Of a stretch of DNA of 64,000 nucleotides, positions 25,717 through 38,910 are shown one piece after another (the first letter of the stretch is position 1; the number at the start of each line of letters is the position of its first letter). Source of the DNA: Methanobacteriota archaeon (GTDB taxonomy: Archaea > Thermoplasmatota > Thermoplasmata > RBG-16-68-12 > JAJISG01). Below the pieces are notes generated by a model. The model was not told the origin of the DNA. It saw only the letters and a program-made list of their open reading frames with translations, and made no database searches. The position numbers and the translations under genes are program-made. The stretch covers positions 156,252 to 220,251 of the forward strand of contig JAUVFR010000001.1 of assembly GCA_030594205.1 (NCBI GenBank). Reading direction: 5' to 3'.

Positions 25717-26936
25717 AGGCCTTCCTCTTGGCCGCGGGGGAGGGGACGCGGATGCGTCCCCTGACTGCCCATCGGCCCAAGCCCCTCCTCCCCGTTGCCG
25801 GGAAGCCCTTCTTGGCGCACCTTCTCGAGCGGCTGCAGACGGCCGGCATCTCGTCCTCCGTCGTCCTCCTCGGGTGGCGCGGACGTCTGCTCAAGGATCA
25901 CTTCGCGGGGGGGAGCGGAGGGATGGAGCTTGCCTACGTGGAGCAGGAGCCACTGGAGGGCACCGCCTCGGCGATTGCCCTGGCCGAGGGCCACGTCGGT
26001 TCCCGTTTCCTGTGCCTGAACGGAGACGTCATCTTCGACGCGCAGGATCTGCAGGCGATGCTCAAGGTCCACGGCAAGGGGAAGCGGACCGTCTTGGCGG
26101 TCGCGAAATCGGAACGCCCAGAGCTCTTCGGTACCGTCACCCTGGAGGAGGATCGGCTCGTCTCCCTCGAGGAGAAGCCGGTCGAGGCGGCCAGCCCGTG
26201 GGTCAACGCGGGAATCTACCTGTTCAACGACGAGATCTTCGATCTCATCCGCGAGACACCTCGCTCGCTTCGAGGCGAGTACGAGATCACGGACACCCTC
26301 AAACTCCTCCTCAGGGAGGGGGAAGTCGTGGCCCATCGCCTGCAAGGACCTTGGCTCGACGTGGGCTACCCGTGGGACCTCCTAAAGGCCAACGCGTTGC
26401 TCTTGGAGGGACTTGAACCGGAGGTTGCGGGTGAGGTGGAGAAGGGCGCCGTTCTGGAGGGTCCCGTTCGGGTCGAGGAAGGTGCCCGCGTCCGGTCGGG
26501 CGCGGTGATCGAGGGCCCGGTGCTCCTTGACCGCGGGAGCCATGTGGGCCCGAATTGCTACTTGCGGCCGGCGACCTACATCGGGCGCGGCGCGCGCGTG
26601 GGCAACGCCTGCGAAATCAAGAACTCCATCCTCATGGCGGACGCCCACGTCCCCCATCACAGCTACGTGGGGGACAGCATCATCGGCGAGGCGAGCAACC
26701 TGGGCTCGGGGACGAAGGTGGCCAACTTTCGCCTGGATGGTCGGCCTGTCTCGGTGACCATGAAGGGCCGTCGGGTGGATACGGGCCTGCGCAAGTTGGG
26801 CGTGATTATGGGCGATCGGGTGAAGACGGGCGTGAACGTGTCCATCGACGTGGGCACCATCATCGGGGAGGAGACGGCCATCGGACCCGGGGCTTCCGTC
26901 CGCGGGAACATCGCTCCGAAGAGCCGCATCTACTGA
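25713..26936 (+). CDS. Bifunctional sugar-1-phosphate nucleotidyltransferase plus left-handed beta-helix acetyltransferase (archaeal GlmU-like)
   Basis: 407 aa. N-terminus MKAFLLAAGEGTRMRPLT is an NTP-transferase motif. The C-terminal half is hexapeptide repeats (IGRGARVGNACEIKNSILMADAHVPHHSYVGDSIIGEASNLGSGTKVAN...). Confidence 0.85.
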   Translation: MKAFLLAAGEGTRMRPLTAHRPKPLLPVAGKPFLAHLLERLQTAGISSSVVLLGWRGRLLKDHFAGGSGGMELAYVEQEPLEGTASAIALAEGHVGSRFLCLNGDVIFDAQDLQAMLKVHGKGKRTVLAVAKSERPELFGTVTLEEDRLVSLEEKPVEAASPWVNAGIYLFNDEIFDLIRETPRSLRGEYEITDTLKLLLREGEVVAHRLQGPWLDVGYPWDLLKANALLLEGLEPEVAGEVEKGAVLEGPVRVEEGARVRSGAVIEGPVLLDRGSHVGPNCYLRPATYIGRGARVGNACEIKNSILMADAHVPHHSYVGDSIIGEASNLGSGTKVANFRLDGRPVSVTMKGRRVDTGLRKLGVIMGDRVKTGVNVSIDVGTIIGEETAIGPGASVRGNIAPKSRIY

Positions 26937-26937
26937 C

Positions 26938-28074
26938 ATGCGAATCGTGCAGGTCACTCCCTACTTCCACCCGCACCTGGGCGGCGTCGAGTCCCATGTC
27001 ATGAACATCAGCCAGGAGCTGGATCGCCGGGGCCACGCTCTCACCGTGGTGACCAGTTCCGACGATGGCGACGCCCGCGAGGAGTGGATCGGAGGGCTAC
27101 GGGTTCTCCGGTCGCGATCGTTCTTGACTCTCTTCCAAACGCCCGTCACCCCCACCATGGCCCGGGACATACGCGGCGTGGAGGCCGACCTGTACCACGC
27201 GCACACGCCCTCTCCCCTCCCGGCCTACTTCGCCGCGCGCGCGACCGGGACGACGGGGGTTCCCCTGCTCATCACCTACCACTGCGACGCCGAGATCCGA
27301 GGCCCGTGGGGCCCACCCGTCGTGGGGCTGTACCGTCGCATCCTGGAAGCGTACACCCTGAAGCGGGCCGCGGGGATCATCACCACGACCCGGACCTACG
27401 CAGCTACCTCTCGGGCCGTTTGGGATCAAGACACGATGACCATCCCGAATCCCGTCGACATCGCCCGGTTTCATCCCGATGTCCCCCCGGGGGATATCCG
27501 TGCTCGGCACGGGATCCCGGAAGACGGGTCTCTCGTCCTGTTCGTGGGACGGTTGGTCCCGCACAAGGGGACGGAGTACCTTCTTCGGGCCATGCTCGGT
27601 CTCCCGGTGCATCTCCTCTTGGTCGGAACGGGCCCCCGAGAAGCCCTCTTGCGAAAGATGGCGACCTTACCTGCCCTCGAGGGCCGGGTTCACTTCGCCG
27701 GGCGGGTGTCCTCCCGGGAACTCCCGCAATATTACGCCGCCTGCGACCTCTCGGTCCTCCCCTCCACCTCCCGCCTCGAGGCCTTTGGCATTGCGGCCCT
27801 GGAGGCGATGGCCAGCGGAAAGCCGGTCATCGTATCCGACGTCCCTGGGGTCCGGGAGTTGATTGAGGAAGGACAGGAGGGGCTCCGGGTCGACCCCATC
27901 GACGCCGAGGACATCGCTGCGAAAGTCCGGACGCTCGTGGAGGACGAGGGCCTTCGAAAGCAGATGGGACGTCGCGCGCGGGAGACGGTGGAACGGAACT
28001 TCTCCCTTGTCTCGGTCGTGGATCGCTTGGAAACCTTCTACGAGCGGACTCACTCGACGATGGTCAAGGGATAG
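26938..28074 (+). CDS. GT4-family (GT-B fold) glycosyltransferase
   Basis: 378 aa. The C-terminal domain EAFGIAALEAMASGKPVIVSDVPGVRELIEEGQEGLRV carries the E-x7-E motif. Confidence 0.85.
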   Translation: MRIVQVTPYFHPHLGGVESHVMNISQELDRRGHALTVVTSSDDGDAREEWIGGLRVLRSRSFLTLFQTPVTPTMARDIRGVEADLYHAHTPSPLPAYFAARATGTTGVPLLITYHCDAEIRGPWGPPVVGLYRRILEAYTLKRAAGIITTTRTYAATSRAVWDQDTMTIPNPVDIARFHPDVPPGDIRARHGIPEDGSLVLFVGRLVPHKGTEYLLRAMLGLPVHLLLVGTGPREALLRKMATLPALEGRVHFAGRVSSRELPQYYAACDLSVLPSTSRLEAFGIAALEAMASGKPVIVSDVPGVRELIEEGQEGLRVDPIDAEDIAAKVRTLVEDEGLRKQMGRRARETVERNFSLVSVVDRLETFYERTHSTMVKG

Positions 28075-28424
28075 GCATCCCCCTGACGATCCCAGGCCCG
28101 CCAGGACGCCTCGTCGTAGGGGTGCGCGACGATGATGTGGATGTAGCCGATGCGCTGAAAGAATTCGATGTCTTGCCGGGAGGGCCGGGGGTCCGGGCTC
28201 GGGTGGGAGTGGACCGATCCGACGACGGTAAAGTCGACTGGGAGGTTGTGCAGACGGAAGATGGCGTGGGACTGTCCGCCGATCGTGCCCGGGACGAGAA
28301 GGAGTTCGGAGACGACCCCTTCCTCGGCCCGGAGGATAGCCCCGAATTCCAACGGGTGGCTGTCTCGCGAGGCTTCCAGGATCATCTCGAGGGTGTGCCG
28401 GCGGATGGCCGTGACCCGGCTCAC
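28050..28424 (-). CDS. JAMM/MPN+ metalloprotease-family protein
   Basis: 124 aa. VGSVHSHPSPDPRPSRQDIEF is the JAMM motif H-x-H-x7-S-x2-D. 4-nt overlap with the upstream NAD kinase gene. Confidence 0.75.
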   Translation of the reverse strand: MSRVTAIRRHTLEMILEASRDSHPLEFGAILRAEEGVVSELLLVPGTIGGQSHAIFRLHNLPVDFTVVGSVHSHPSPDPRPSRQDIEFFQRIGYIHIIVAHPYDEASWRAWDRQGDAYPLTIVE

Positions 28425-29236
28425 GGGCCGGGGCCCTCCATGAGCTTCTCCCGGACGCGACTGTAGAAGTCGTCGGCGAATCGGACGAAACGTGCCTTGC
28501 GCTTGGCGACCGTGAAGTCCAGCCGGGCTCTCGCCTCCAGCTCTTGCTCGTATTGCCCGTCGAGAACAAGGAGGGAGGTGCCCTCCCCGGCGAGCTGGAC
28601 CTGCACATGTGCGTCGGCCGGAACCACGGTGGGCCGAAGGGTCTGTCGGAAAGGCGCCAAGGCCGTGATGACGAAGCCTCGGACGCGCGGGTCGAGGATC
28701 GGGCCGCCGGCGGAGAGGGAGTAGGCAGTGGACCCCGTTGGCGTGGCGACGATGATCCCGTCCCCCTCCACCCTCGAGGCGGTCTCCCCGTCGATGGCGA
28801 TCACAAAGCGCCGCACCTTGGCGAGGTTCGCCGTGTGAATGACGGCCTCGTTCGTGCAGTCGGGCCTCCTCCGGCCGTCGGCCTCGACACGGAGCTTGAT
28901 ACGCTCCTCGATGGTGAAATTCCCCTCCGCGAGCCGCGTCAACGCCCCTTCCACCCCGTCGAGGGACACCTCCGTCAGGAAGCCGACCCGGCTGATGTTG
29001 ACCCCGAGGATCTGGAAGTCCCCCAACTGGAGCGCCCGGAGGATGGTGCCGTCACCGCCTACCGTCACCAGGAAGTCCATGCTCATGGCGTCGAGGGACG
29101 TGCCCTCCTCCCCTAAGACCGCGGCCAGGTCCTCCTCGATGAGGACGCTGTGCTCTCCACGGAGGGTCTCTACCACCGAGCGACTGGCCTCCACGGCCCT
29201 GGGGGATTCCGGATTCGCCGTGACGCCGAACCTCAC
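28421..29236 (-). CDS. nadK: NAD kinase
   Basis: GGDGTILRA motif, NEAVIH, DGIIVATPTGSTAYSLSAGGPI. Start placed at GTG 29236 (VRFGVTANPE...); the upstream 87 codons of the track ORF are R/G-rich and overlap the IMPase gene. Confidence 0.85.
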   Translation of the reverse strand: MRFGVTANPESPRAVEASRSVVETLRGEHSVLIEEDLAAVLGEEGTSLDAMSMDFLVTVGGDGTILRALQLGDFQILGVNISRVGFLTEVSLDGVEGALTRLAEGNFTIEERIKLRVEADGRRRPDCTNEAVIHTANLAKVRRFVIAIDGETASRVEGDGIIVATPTGSTAYSLSAGGPILDPRVRGFVITALAPFRQTLRPTVVPADAHVQVQLAGEGTSLLVLDGQYEQELEARARLDFTVAKRKARFVRFADDFYSRVREKLMEGPGP

Positions 29237-30000
29237 AACACCACCTCCAGCAGGCTCGGATCGCTGACCGCGAAGAGATTCGATCGCTCGCGCGGGTCCA
29301 AGGGCATGTTCAGGGGATGCCCGCGGAGATCGTACACCTCGCCCCCCGCCTCGCGCACGATGAGGGACGAGGCGGCCACGTCGGTGACCCGAAGTTCCAG
29401 GTGAGGGGCCGTGGTCTCCATGTAGTAGAGGTCGGCTGAACCGGAGGCTACCAAGCACATGTCCAGAGACGCGGCCCCCAGGTTCCTGACCCTTCGGCAC
29501 AGCCGGGCCAGTTCGAAAGCCTTGGGCCCGGCCCGGTCCCCGAGGTAGAGGGAGAAGAGGGAGTTCCTGGGATCGTAGGCGGACACCTTGATAGGCCGGT
29601 CATTGAGGAAGGCCCCCTTCCCCTTTTCTGCCTGGTACGTCCAATCGTTTGTGAGGTTCCTCACGAGGCCCCACTGGGCCCCCAACAGGTCACCCCTGCA
29701 GATGGCGAGGGACACGGAGTAGTCGGGGAGGTTCCCCACGGCGTTGTAGGTCCCGTCCACGGGGTCGACGACGATGGTCCATTCCGCGTCGCGGTCCCCC
29801 GCTTCCGACTCCTCGCTCACGTAGTTCAGCTTCTCTCCAGAGGCCTCGACGACCTCCCAAATCGCCTGGTCGGCGGCCCGATCGAGGACTGAAGTGGAAC
29901 TTCCGTCGGGTCCGATTCCTACCTTTCGCCCCCATCCGGCGGGGTCCAACGACTGCGCGGCTCGTTCTGCGGCGTCTGCCGCTTCCACGAGGAGGTCCAT
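29233..30000 (-). CDS. Inositol monophosphatase / FBPase-family (IMPase-like) phosphatase
   Basis: 255 aa from MDLLVEAADAAE. Metal-binding motifs TIVVDPVDGT and WDAASL-like ASLDMCLVASGSADLY. 4-nt overlap with the nadK start. Confidence 0.85.
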   Translation of the reverse strand: MDLLVEAADAAERAAQSLDPAGWGRKVGIGPDGSSTSVLDRAADQAIWEVVEASGEKLNYVSEESEAGDRDAEWTIVVDPVDGTYNAVGNLPDYSVSLAICRGDLLGAQWGLVRNLTNDWTYQAEKGKGAFLNDRPIKVSAYDPRNSLFSLYLGDRAGPKAFELARLCRRVRNLGAASLDMCLVASGSADLYYMETTAPHLELRVTDVAASSLIVREAGGEVYDLRGHPLNMPLDPRERSNLFAVSDPSLLEVVL

Positions 30001-30406
30001 CACACCCCTTCCAAGGGCCCCCATTCTAAGAACCTTGCTTTGCGTCCCCTGTCTTGCGGGACCCCTTTGCCACGCGTGGCTCCACTCGCGCCAGAGGTCC
30101 TCACTTCCTTTGATGCCCGAAGAAGGGCCTTGCGCGCCCAGGGGTTGTTCGATCCCGCCGCATCCGATTGAGGAAACCCTGGTCCGGAGACGGGCGTGTC
30201 GGGTGGCATCCCCAGCGGCCCTCTGACGTTGGCGGCGCGGGTCAAGGACTTCACGCCTTCCGTCCTGGACCGGGTCATCGCCGAAGAGGGCTCGGTGCTT
30301 CCGATCCCCACTGCGAGGCTTCGCGTCCGCAGACATCCGGGAGTGAGTCCTAACCCCGCGGCGGGCGCCGATGGCAAGGGCCGCGTGCAGAGGAATGGTT
30401 CGATAT

Positions 30407-30416
30407 GCTTATATAG
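30407..30416 (+). promoter_or_regulatory. TATA-box-like element (gcttatatag) about 48 nt upstream of the thermosome gene
   Basis: AT-rich patch in the GC-rich intergenic region 30340-30463. Confidence 0.35.
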
Positions 30417-30463
30417 AAAGTCTAACATAGATAGCCAACCAACCATTATTGTGAGGTAAGAGC

Positions 30464-32137
<1,674 letters not shown>

Positions 32138-32175
32138 GTTCCCCTGCCCTCCCGGACTCCCGGGAGGCCGTTGCC

Positions 32176-32712
32176 TTGAGCAAGGAGGCCCCGCAGGCGC
32201 AGGAGGAGCAGGACCCCGAAACGACCGAGGTCGAAGCGGAGCCTGAAGGAGGGACAGAGCCGTCTGAGGATCCCGTGAAACGCCTCGCGGACCTCCAGAA
32301 CCAAATGGCCTACCTGCAGGCGGAGCTGGAAAACCAGCAGAAGCGGGCGGCCAAGGAGCGCATCGACCTCCTCCGGTTCGCTTCCGAGGGCGTCCTGCGC
32401 CAGATCCTGCCGGTCCTGGATGAGTTTGAGCTGGCCGTGGGGGTTCTGGCAGAGCGTGGAGACGACCTCGCCGACGGCTTGCGGATGGTGTACGAGAACT
32501 TGATGAAGGTCCTGCGATTCGAGGGCCTACAGGAGATCGAGGCGGACGGCCAGCCCTTCGACCCCTACCTGCACGAGGCCGTGGACTTCGTCGAAGCGGA
32601 GGACGAGGGCCGGGTCGTGGAGGTGGTCACCCGGGGATATCGCCTGGACACGAAGATTCTCCGCCCCGCCCGCGTGATTGTGAGCAAGAAGGAAGGTGAG
32701 TCCGATGGCTAA
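32176..32712 (+). CDS. grpE: GrpE nucleotide-exchange factor
   Basis: 178 aa, acidic N-terminus, coiled coil, C-terminal [14 protein letters not shown]. Confidence 0.9.
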   Translation: MSKEAPQAQEEQDPETTEVEAEPEGGTEPSEDPVKRLADLQNQMAYLQAELENQQKRAAKERIDLLRFASEGVLRQILPVLDEFELAVGVLAERGDDLADGLRMVYENLMKVLRFEGLQEIEADGQPFDPYLHEAVDFVEAEDEGRVVEVVTRGYRLDTKILRPARVIVSKKEGESDG

Positions 32713-34549
32713 GATGATTGGGATTGACTTGGGAACGACGAACTCCGAGGCGGCCGTCATGCAGGGCGGTCGACCCGTGATCATCCCCAGCGCTGAGGGG
32801 AGTTCCGATGGCGGAAAGAACTTCCCCTCCGTGGTGGCATTCACGGAGGACGGGGAGGTCCTCGTCGGGGGGCCGGCAAAGCGCCAGGCGGTCCTCAACC
32901 CCGACGGGACGATCATGCAGATCAAGCGAAAGATGGGGACCGATGAGAAGGTCAAGGCGCGTGGGAAGTCGTACACCCCCCAAGAGATCTCCGCGCGCAT
33001 CCTGGGCAAGATCAAGGCGGATGCCGAGGCCTTCCTCGGGGGGGAGGTCTCCCAGGCCGTTATCACGGTCCCGGCCTACTTCAACGACAACCAGCGGCAG
33101 GCCACCCGAGATGCGGGGACCATCGCCGGCCTCCAGGTCGAGCGCCTCATCAACGAGCCCACTGCCGCGGCCTTCGCTTACGGCCTGGAGAAGGAGGAGG
33201 AGGCGAAGATCGCCGTTCTGGACCTGGGCGGCGGCACGTTTGACGTCACCCTAATGGAGATGGGCGAGGGGGTCTTCGAAGTCGTCAGCACGAATGGGGA
33301 CACGCGCCTCGGCGGCCTGGACATGGACACCGCCATCATCGACGCCATTTTGGAAGAGTTCGAGAAGAAGGAGAAGGTGAACCTCCGCGACGACCGGAAT
33401 GCCATGCAACGCGTCCGGGACGCGGCGGAGAAGGCCAAGATCGAGCTCTCGGGCACCACGACGACCACGCTCAACCTGCCTTTCCTCGCCGAACGGGAGG
33501 GTAAGCCGGTCCACTTGGAGACGACCTTGACCCGCGCCAAGCTGGAGCGGCTCGTGGAGCCCGTGTTGGAACGCACGGTGACGCCCATCCAACAGGCCTT
33601 CAAGGACGCCAAGTGGGACTTCAGTGACGTGCAGCACGTGATACTCGTCGGCGGGCCGACCCGGATGCCCGTCGTCCGGAACCACTTCAGCAAAGTCCTC
33701 GGGCGAAAGTCCGAACGGGGCATCGACCCCATGCAGTCCGTCGCCCTCGGGGCGGCGCTCCAGGCGGGCGTCCTGGCGGGAGAGGTCAAGGACATCTTGC
33801 TGTTGGACGTGACCCCCCTCAGCCTCGGCATCGAGACGCTTGGCGGCGTCTCTACGAAGCTCATCGATCGAAACACGACCATCCCGACCAAGAAGGAGCA
33901 GATCTTCAGCACGGCGGATGACAATCAGAACACGGTCGAGATTAACGTTCTCCAGGGGGAGCGGGCCATGGCCTCCGATAACGTCTCTCTGGGGAAGTTC
34001 CTGCTGACGGGCATCCCTCCGGCCCCTCGGGGCACCCCCCAGATCGAGGTCACCTTCGACATCGACGCCAGCGGCATCCTCCACGTGGCCGCCAAGGATC
34101 TGGGGACCGGGAAGGAGGAGAACCTCACCATCGTTGCTCCTCAGCGTCTCTCCGAGAACGAGATCGACCGGATGGTCACAGACGCGGAGGCCTTCGCGGA
34201 GGAAGACCGTCGGCGCAGGGAGCTGGCCGACACCAAGAACCAGGCCGACAGCCTCGTGTATGCCACGGAGAAGATGCTCAAGGAAGTGGGAGACAAGGTC
34301 GAAGAGTCCACCCGCAAGGCCGTCGAAGAGAAGGTGGAAAATCTCAAGAAGGCCCTGGAGACGGACGACCTGCAGAAGCTCAAGAAGGGAATCGAGGAAC
34401 TCAACGCCGAGGCCCAGAAGATCGGCACTGAGGTCTACCAGAAGGCCCAGGAAGAACGGGCGCGGGAGGAGGCGAAGGAGTCCAAGGACGCCTCCGAACC
34501 GGACGTCGTCGACGCCGAGTTTGAGGACGTGGACGAGGATAATGACTGA
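32696..34549 (+). CDS. dnaK: Hsp70 chaperone DnaK
   Basis: 617 aa. [18 protein letters not shown], and a C-terminal EEVD-like acidic tail. Confidence 0.95.
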   Translation: MSPMAKMIGIDLGTTNSEAAVMQGGRPVIIPSAEGSSDGGKNFPSVVAFTEDGEVLVGGPAKRQAVLNPDGTIMQIKRKMGTDEKVKARGKSYTPQEISARILGKIKADAEAFLGGEVSQAVITVPAYFNDNQRQATRDAGTIAGLQVERLINEPTAAAFAYGLEKEEEAKIAVLDLGGGTFDVTLMEMGEGVFEVVSTNGDTRLGGLDMDTAIIDAILEEFEKKEKVNLRDDRNAMQRVRDAAEKAKIELSGTTTTTLNLPFLAEREGKPVHLETTLTRAKLERLVEPVLERTVTPIQQAFKDAKWDFSDVQHVILVGGPTRMPVVRNHFSKVLGRKSERGIDPMQSVALGAALQAGVLAGEVKDILLLDVTPLSLGIETLGGVSTKLIDRNTTIPTKKEQIFSTADDNQNTVEINVLQGERAMASDNVSLGKFLLTGIPPAPRGTPQIEVTFDIDASGILHVAAKDLGTGKEENLTIVAPQRLSENEIDRMVTDAEAFAEEDRRRRELADTKNQADSLVYATEKMLKEVGDKVEESTRKAVEEKVENLKKALETDDLQKLKKGIEELNAEAQKIGTEVYQKAQEERAREEAKESKDASEPDVVDAEFEDVDEDND

Positions 34550-34590
34550 GAAAACCTTATTGCACGTACCTTCCGTATAACGATTCCCCC

Positions 34591-35760
34591 ATGGCGAAGC
34601 GCGATTATTACGAGGTTCTGGGCGTCCCAAAGGACGCCGCGGAGCCGGCGATCAAGAAGGCCTACCGCCGTCTCGCAAAGAAATACCATCCCGATCTCAA
34701 CAAGGACAAGCCCAAGGAGGCAGAGGCCAAGTTCAAGGAGCTCTCCGAGGCCTATGAGATCCTGATGGACCGCGAGAAGCGCTCCCTCTACGACCGATAC
34801 GGCCACGAGGGGGCGCAGCGGGCGTTCGGGGCCCAGGGCTTCGACTGGTCCGACTTCACCCACTTCGGCGACGTGGACGACATCTTCGGAAGCAGCATCT
34901 TTCGTGATTTCTTCGGAGGCGTCGCCACACCGGTAGGGGGAAGCCTCTTCGAGGAGTTCTTCCGCCGGTCCGGACGAGCTCCCTACGGTCCCTCCCGCGG
35001 TCGGGACCTCCGAATGGACCTCGAGGTGACCCTGGAGGAGGTGGCCAAGGGGGCCCAGAGAGAGATCCAAGTCCCCCATGGTGTCACCTGTGAGGACTGC
35101 CGCGGGACCGGAGCGAAGGACGGTAACCTGACGGATTGCCCCGCCTGCAACGGGACCGGACAGGTCCGGGACGTGCGACGGAGCGGGTTCAGCCATATGA
35201 TCAGCATCACCCCTTGCACCCGCTGTCGAGGCGAGGGCAAGCTGGCCTCGGAGAAATGCCCGGAATGCCGCGGACGCGGAGCGATTCAGAAGACCTCCAA
35301 GGTCTCTGTCGCCATCCCCAAGGGGACCCGCGAAGGACTGAGCCTCCGCGTTCTCGGCCAGGGGGAGGCGGGGGACCGGGGGGGACCCGTGGGAGACCTC
35401 TACCTCGTCCTCCACGTCAAGGACCACGACCGATTCCAACGCGATGGACGAAACGTCATTTTGGAGGCGCCGATCACCATTTCGCAGGCCGCCCTTGGGG
35501 GTGAGCTCACCGTCCCCACCCTCTTCGGGAGCGCCACCCTAAAGGTGCCTCCCGGAACCCAGACCAATACGCCCTTTCGGCTTCGGGGGAAGGGGCTCCC
35601 CGAGCTGAACGGGAGTCGTCGTGGCGATCAGCTCGTCCGTGTGGTCGTCAGGACCCCGAAGAGTCTATCGGCAGAGGAAAAGAAGTTCTTCCGACACCTG
35701 GGAGAATCCCTGGGGGAATACGCCGACTCCCACGAGGACACCTCGTTCCGTGTGCGCTAG
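34591..35760 (+). CDS. dnaJ: DnaJ (J-domain, G/F-rich region, four CxxCxGxG zinc-finger repeats)
   Basis: 389 aa. [48 protein letters not shown]. Confidence 0.95.
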   Translation: MAKRDYYEVLGVPKDAAEPAIKKAYRRLAKKYHPDLNKDKPKEAEAKFKELSEAYEILMDREKRSLYDRYGHEGAQRAFGAQGFDWSDFTHFGDVDDIFGSSIFRDFFGGVATPVGGSLFEEFFRRSGRAPYGPSRGRDLRMDLEVTLEEVAKGAQREIQVPHGVTCEDCRGTGAKDGNLTDCPACNGTGQVRDVRRSGFSHMISITPCTRCRGEGKLASEKCPECRGRGAIQKTSKVSVAIPKGTREGLSLRVLGQGEAGDRGGPVGDLYLVLHVKDHDRFQRDGRNVILEAPITISQAALGGELTVPTLFGSATLKVPPGTQTNTPFRLRGKGLPELNGSRRGDQLVRVVVRTPKSLSAEEKKFFRHLGESLGEYADSHEDTSFRVR

Positions 35761-35803
35761 GTCGGCGCGCACCTCTTTATCCGCCTTCACACTTGGGTCC
35801 ATT

Positions 35804-36562
35804 ATGGGAAGGGTTCTGGGGGTCCTGACCCGGGACTTTCGACTTTACCACGACCTCATTTCCTATCTGAAGGAAGGGAACGTTCCTTTCCAGAGCCTCT
35901 CCTTCGACCCAGGCATTCCCCCCGAGATCGGCGTCGTGTTGACCTCCTCCGAGGAGGCCCGGACCATCGACTTCCCGCTCATTGTGGCCGTCGACGAAGT
36001 CCCGGACGCGGTGGCCAAGGCGCAACAGTTGCTCCAAGGAAAGACCGCCTTTCGAAAGATCGTAATTGGCATCGATCCCGGCCCTCGGCCCGGGGCGGCC
36101 ATTCTGGGGGATGGAGAGGTCATCGATACGCGGACCGGCGCTTCCCCGGAAGCGGTTCTTGAGATCTGTCTCGGCGTTCTCCGCACCTACACGTGCGAGG
36201 CGTTCCAGGTCCGCATCGGTCACGGTGACCCGACCCACCGCAACCGCATCATCAACGTCCTGACGCGCCACGGCCTCCGAGTCGAGATTGTGGACGAACG
36301 GGGAACGACGCGGCACGACAGGAGACGGGAGGATGCCCGAGACATCGAGGCCGCCATGGACATCGCGATGGGCCGGGGGGTTCAGGCCGAAACCTCCTAT
36401 GAGATTCTCCCGACCCGAGGCGAGGTGAAGAACATTCAGCGAAGCAGCCGCATCCGCTCCGGGGGCCGCCTGACCATCTCGCAGGGTTTGGCGGAGAAGG
36501 TCGCGCGGGGCGAGATGACCCTGACCGAGGCCATCCAGGCGTCGGCTGCCGAGGCCCGCTGA
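35804..36562 (+). CDS. Predicted RNase H-fold nuclease-like protein (DUF460/COG2410-like), uncharacterised
   Basis: 252 aa from ATG 35804. KIVIGIDPGPRPGAAILGDGEVID resembles the RuvC/YqgF-type first beta-strand and catalytic Asp. The track ORF start 35621 overlaps dnaJ and was rejected. Confidence 0.5.
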   Translation: MGRVLGVLTRDFRLYHDLISYLKEGNVPFQSLSFDPGIPPEIGVVLTSSEEARTIDFPLIVAVDEVPDAVAKAQQLLQGKTAFRKIVIGIDPGPRPGAAILGDGEVIDTRTGASPEAVLEICLGVLRTYTCEAFQVRIGHGDPTHRNRIINVLTRHGLRVEIVDERGTTRHDRRREDARDIEAAMDIAMGRGVQAETSYEILPTRGEVKNIQRSSRIRSGGRLTISQGLAEKVARGEMTLTEAIQASAAEAR

Positions 36563-36630
36563 CCTCGGTTATCAGGCACGACCAGGTGACCCAAATCATC
36601 AAATAGCTCCGCTCGTGTTGAATAAATGGG

Positions 36631-38853
36631 ATGCCAGATCGGGTGATTTTGAAGGTTGCCGAGGCTCCCCAATCGGACGTCGGCCTGGGTCGCGCCCGGG
36701 TGGACACTCGCACCCGGATGACCCTGGGTGTCGACGTGGGGGAGATCATCGAGATCATCGGCAAGAAGAGCACCGCTGCGAAGCTCTTCCGGACCATGCA
36801 GGAGGACGAGGGGAAGGGCATCGTCCGCATCGATGGCCTCGTCCGGCGCAACTTGGGCGTCTCCATCGGCGATAAGGCCGAGGTCAAGAAGGCCACCGTG
36901 GACGGCGCGCAGCGGGTCACCATCGCCCCGATCATCAGCGAGGGGCACAAAGTGAGCTTCGGCCAAGGCATCGAGAACTTCGTGAAGCGGGGGCTCCTGA
37001 AGCGCCCCGTGGTGAAGGGGGACGTGGTCATCGTCCCCGGCATCGCCCTCATGGGCGGCGCGCTTCCTTTCATGGTCATCCGCACGGCCCCCCGGGGGAT
37101 CGTCCAGATCTCCGAGGAGACCTTCATCGAGATGAAGGAGGAGCCGATCAAGGAGGGGGAGATTCTCACCCCCACCATCACCTACGAGGACATCGGGGGC
37201 CTCCACGAGGAGCTCCTGCGCGTCCGGGAGATGATCGAGCTCCCCCTCAAGCATCCCGAACTCTTCAACCGTCTCGGCATCGACCCCCCCAAGGGGGTCC
37301 TGCTGTACGGGCCGCCCGGCACGGGCAAGACCCTGATTGCCAAGGCCGTGGCCAACGAGGCCGGGGCCAATTTCGCCTCCATTCAGGGCCCCGAGATCAT
37401 GTCCAAGTACTACGGCCAGAGCGAGGAGCGTCTCCGGGAGAAGTTCGAAGAAGCCGAGAAAAACGCCCCCTCGGTCCTCTTCATTGATGAGCTGGACTCC
37501 ATCGCCCCCAAGCGAGAGGACGTGACTGGGGAGGTGGAGCGGCGTGTGGTGGCCCAACTCCTCACGCTGATGGATGGTCTCAGCGGACGGGGCCAGGTCA
37601 TCGTCATCGGGGCCACGAACCGCGAGGACGCCATCGACCCTGCGCTCCGGCGGCCGGGCCGGTTTGACCGCGAGATCGAGATCGGCGTTCCCGACCGGGA
37701 CGGGCGTATGGAGGTCCTGCAGATTCACACCCGTGGCATGCCCACCGAGGGCGAACCGGAGGACCGGGAGGCCCTCCTCACGGAGATGGCCAGGATCACC
37801 CACGGGTTCGTCGGCGCGGACTTGGCTGCACTGGTCCGGGAGGCCGCGATGAAGGCCCTGCGCCGGTACCTGCCTGAAATCGATCTAGACAAGCCCATTC
37901 CTGCGGGGGTCCTCGAGAAGATGCGAGTCCTTCGGGCGGACTTCAGAGAGGCCCTGAAGGAGGTCGAGCCCAGCGCCTTGCGGGAGGTCCTCGTGGAGAT
38001 TCCGCGAGTCGCCTGGGACGACGTCGGCGGCCTGCATGAAGTGAAGGGCCAACTCTCCGAGGCCGTGGAGATGCCCATCAAGAACCCGGACGCGTTCCAT
38101 CGGATGGGCATTCGGCCGCCCCGAGGCATCCTGCTTTACGGCCCCCCGGGCACGGGGAAGACCCTCCTCGCCAAGGCCGTGGCTACAGAATCGGAGGCCA
38201 ACTTCATCTCCATCAAGGGTCCCGAGGTCATGTCCAAGTGGGTGGGGGAGAGTGAGAAGGCCATTCGCCAGATCTTCAAGAAGGCGAAGCAGGTCGCGCC
38301 CTGCGTGGTCTTCATCGACGAGATTGATGCCTTGACTCCACGCCGCGGCGCGGTGATGGGGGATTCGGGGGTGAGTGAGCGCATGGTGAACCAGCTCCTC
38401 ACATCACTCGACGGGCTGGAGACCATGGAGGGCGTCGTAACCATCGGGGCGACAAACCGCCCCGACATGGTAGACCCCGCCCTGCTCCGACCGGGTCGGT
38501 TCGATCGTCTCATTCTACTTCCCGTGCCCGAGGAGGAGGCGCGCCTCGAGATTCTGAACGTGCACACCCGTACCATGCCCGTGGACACCGACGTGAAATT
38601 GGGCAAGCTGGCAAAGGATCTCGTCGGGTACGTGGGCGCGGACATCGAGGCCCTGTGTCGGGAGGCGGCCATGCACGCCCTTCGCGAGAACCGAGACGCG
38701 GTCCTGGTTCAGGCCAAGGACTTCGAAGCCGCCCGGCAGGTAGTCTTCCCCTCTGTGGATGAGGAGACCGTCAAGCTCTACAATCGACTCGGAGAGGAGC
38801 TCCGGCGGCGCGCCGTCCGGCGGCGGGAAGAGGTCCCCGCGATCTATCGTTGA
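36631..38853 (+). CDS. CDC48/VAT-type AAA+ ATPase (N-domain plus two AAA modules)
   Basis: 740 aa, two copies of GPPGTGKTL plus DEID/DELD Walker B and second-region-of-homology motifs. Confidence 0.95.
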   Translation: MPDRVILKVAEAPQSDVGLGRARVDTRTRMTLGVDVGEIIEIIGKKSTAAKLFRTMQEDEGKGIVRIDGLVRRNLGVSIGDKAEVKKATVDGAQRVTIAPIISEGHKVSFGQGIENFVKRGLLKRPVVKGDVVIVPGIALMGGALPFMVIRTAPRGIVQISEETFIEMKEEPIKEGEILTPTITYEDIGGLHEELLRVREMIELPLKHPELFNRLGIDPPKGVLLYGPPGTGKTLIAKAVANEAGANFASIQGPEIMSKYYGQSEERLREKFEEAEKNAPSVLFIDELDSIAPKREDVTGEVERRVVAQLLTLMDGLSGRGQVIVIGATNREDAIDPALRRPGRFDREIEIGVPDRDGRMEVLQIHTRGMPTEGEPEDREALLTEMARITHGFVGADLAALVREAAMKALRRYLPEIDLDKPIPAGVLEKMRVLRADFREALKEVEPSALREVLVEIPRVAWDDVGGLHEVKGQLSEAVEMPIKNPDAFHRMGIRPPRGILLYGPPGTGKTLLAKAVATESEANFISIKGPEVMSKWVGESEKAIRQIFKKAKQVAPCVVFIDEIDALTPRRGAVMGDSGVSERMVNQLLTSLDGLETMEGVVTIGATNRPDMVDPALLRPGRFDRLILLPVPEEEARLEILNVHTRTMPVDTDVKLGKLAKDLVGYVGADIEALCREAAMHALRENRDAVLVQAKDFEAARQVVFPSVDEETVKLYNRLGEELRRRAVRRREEVPAIYR

Positions 38854-38910
38854 TCTCCCGGCAGGCTAATATAGGGGGAGGGAATTCCGGCCTCCTCAGA
38901 AGGTGATGGG

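Noticed and set aside
29237-29500. N-terminal 88 codons of the 359-aa NAD kinase ORF
   Set aside because: R/G-rich, overlaps the IMPase gene, and NAD kinases are about 270 aa. A GTG at 29236 gives a 4-nt coupled overlap with the IMPase stop.
33251-34630. 459-aa ORF antisense to dnaK (and similar antisense ORFs at 30875..31888 vs thermosome, 36436..37803 vs CDC48, 39422..41311 vs stomatin/Lrp, 8673..9686 vs VOC/tag, 42581..43645 vs NFACT, 19917..21134 vs NarG-like)
   Set aside because: Each overlaps a strongly supported gene on the opposite strand and has low-complexity Arg/Gly/Pro/Asp-rich translations. Rejected as GC-driven open frames.
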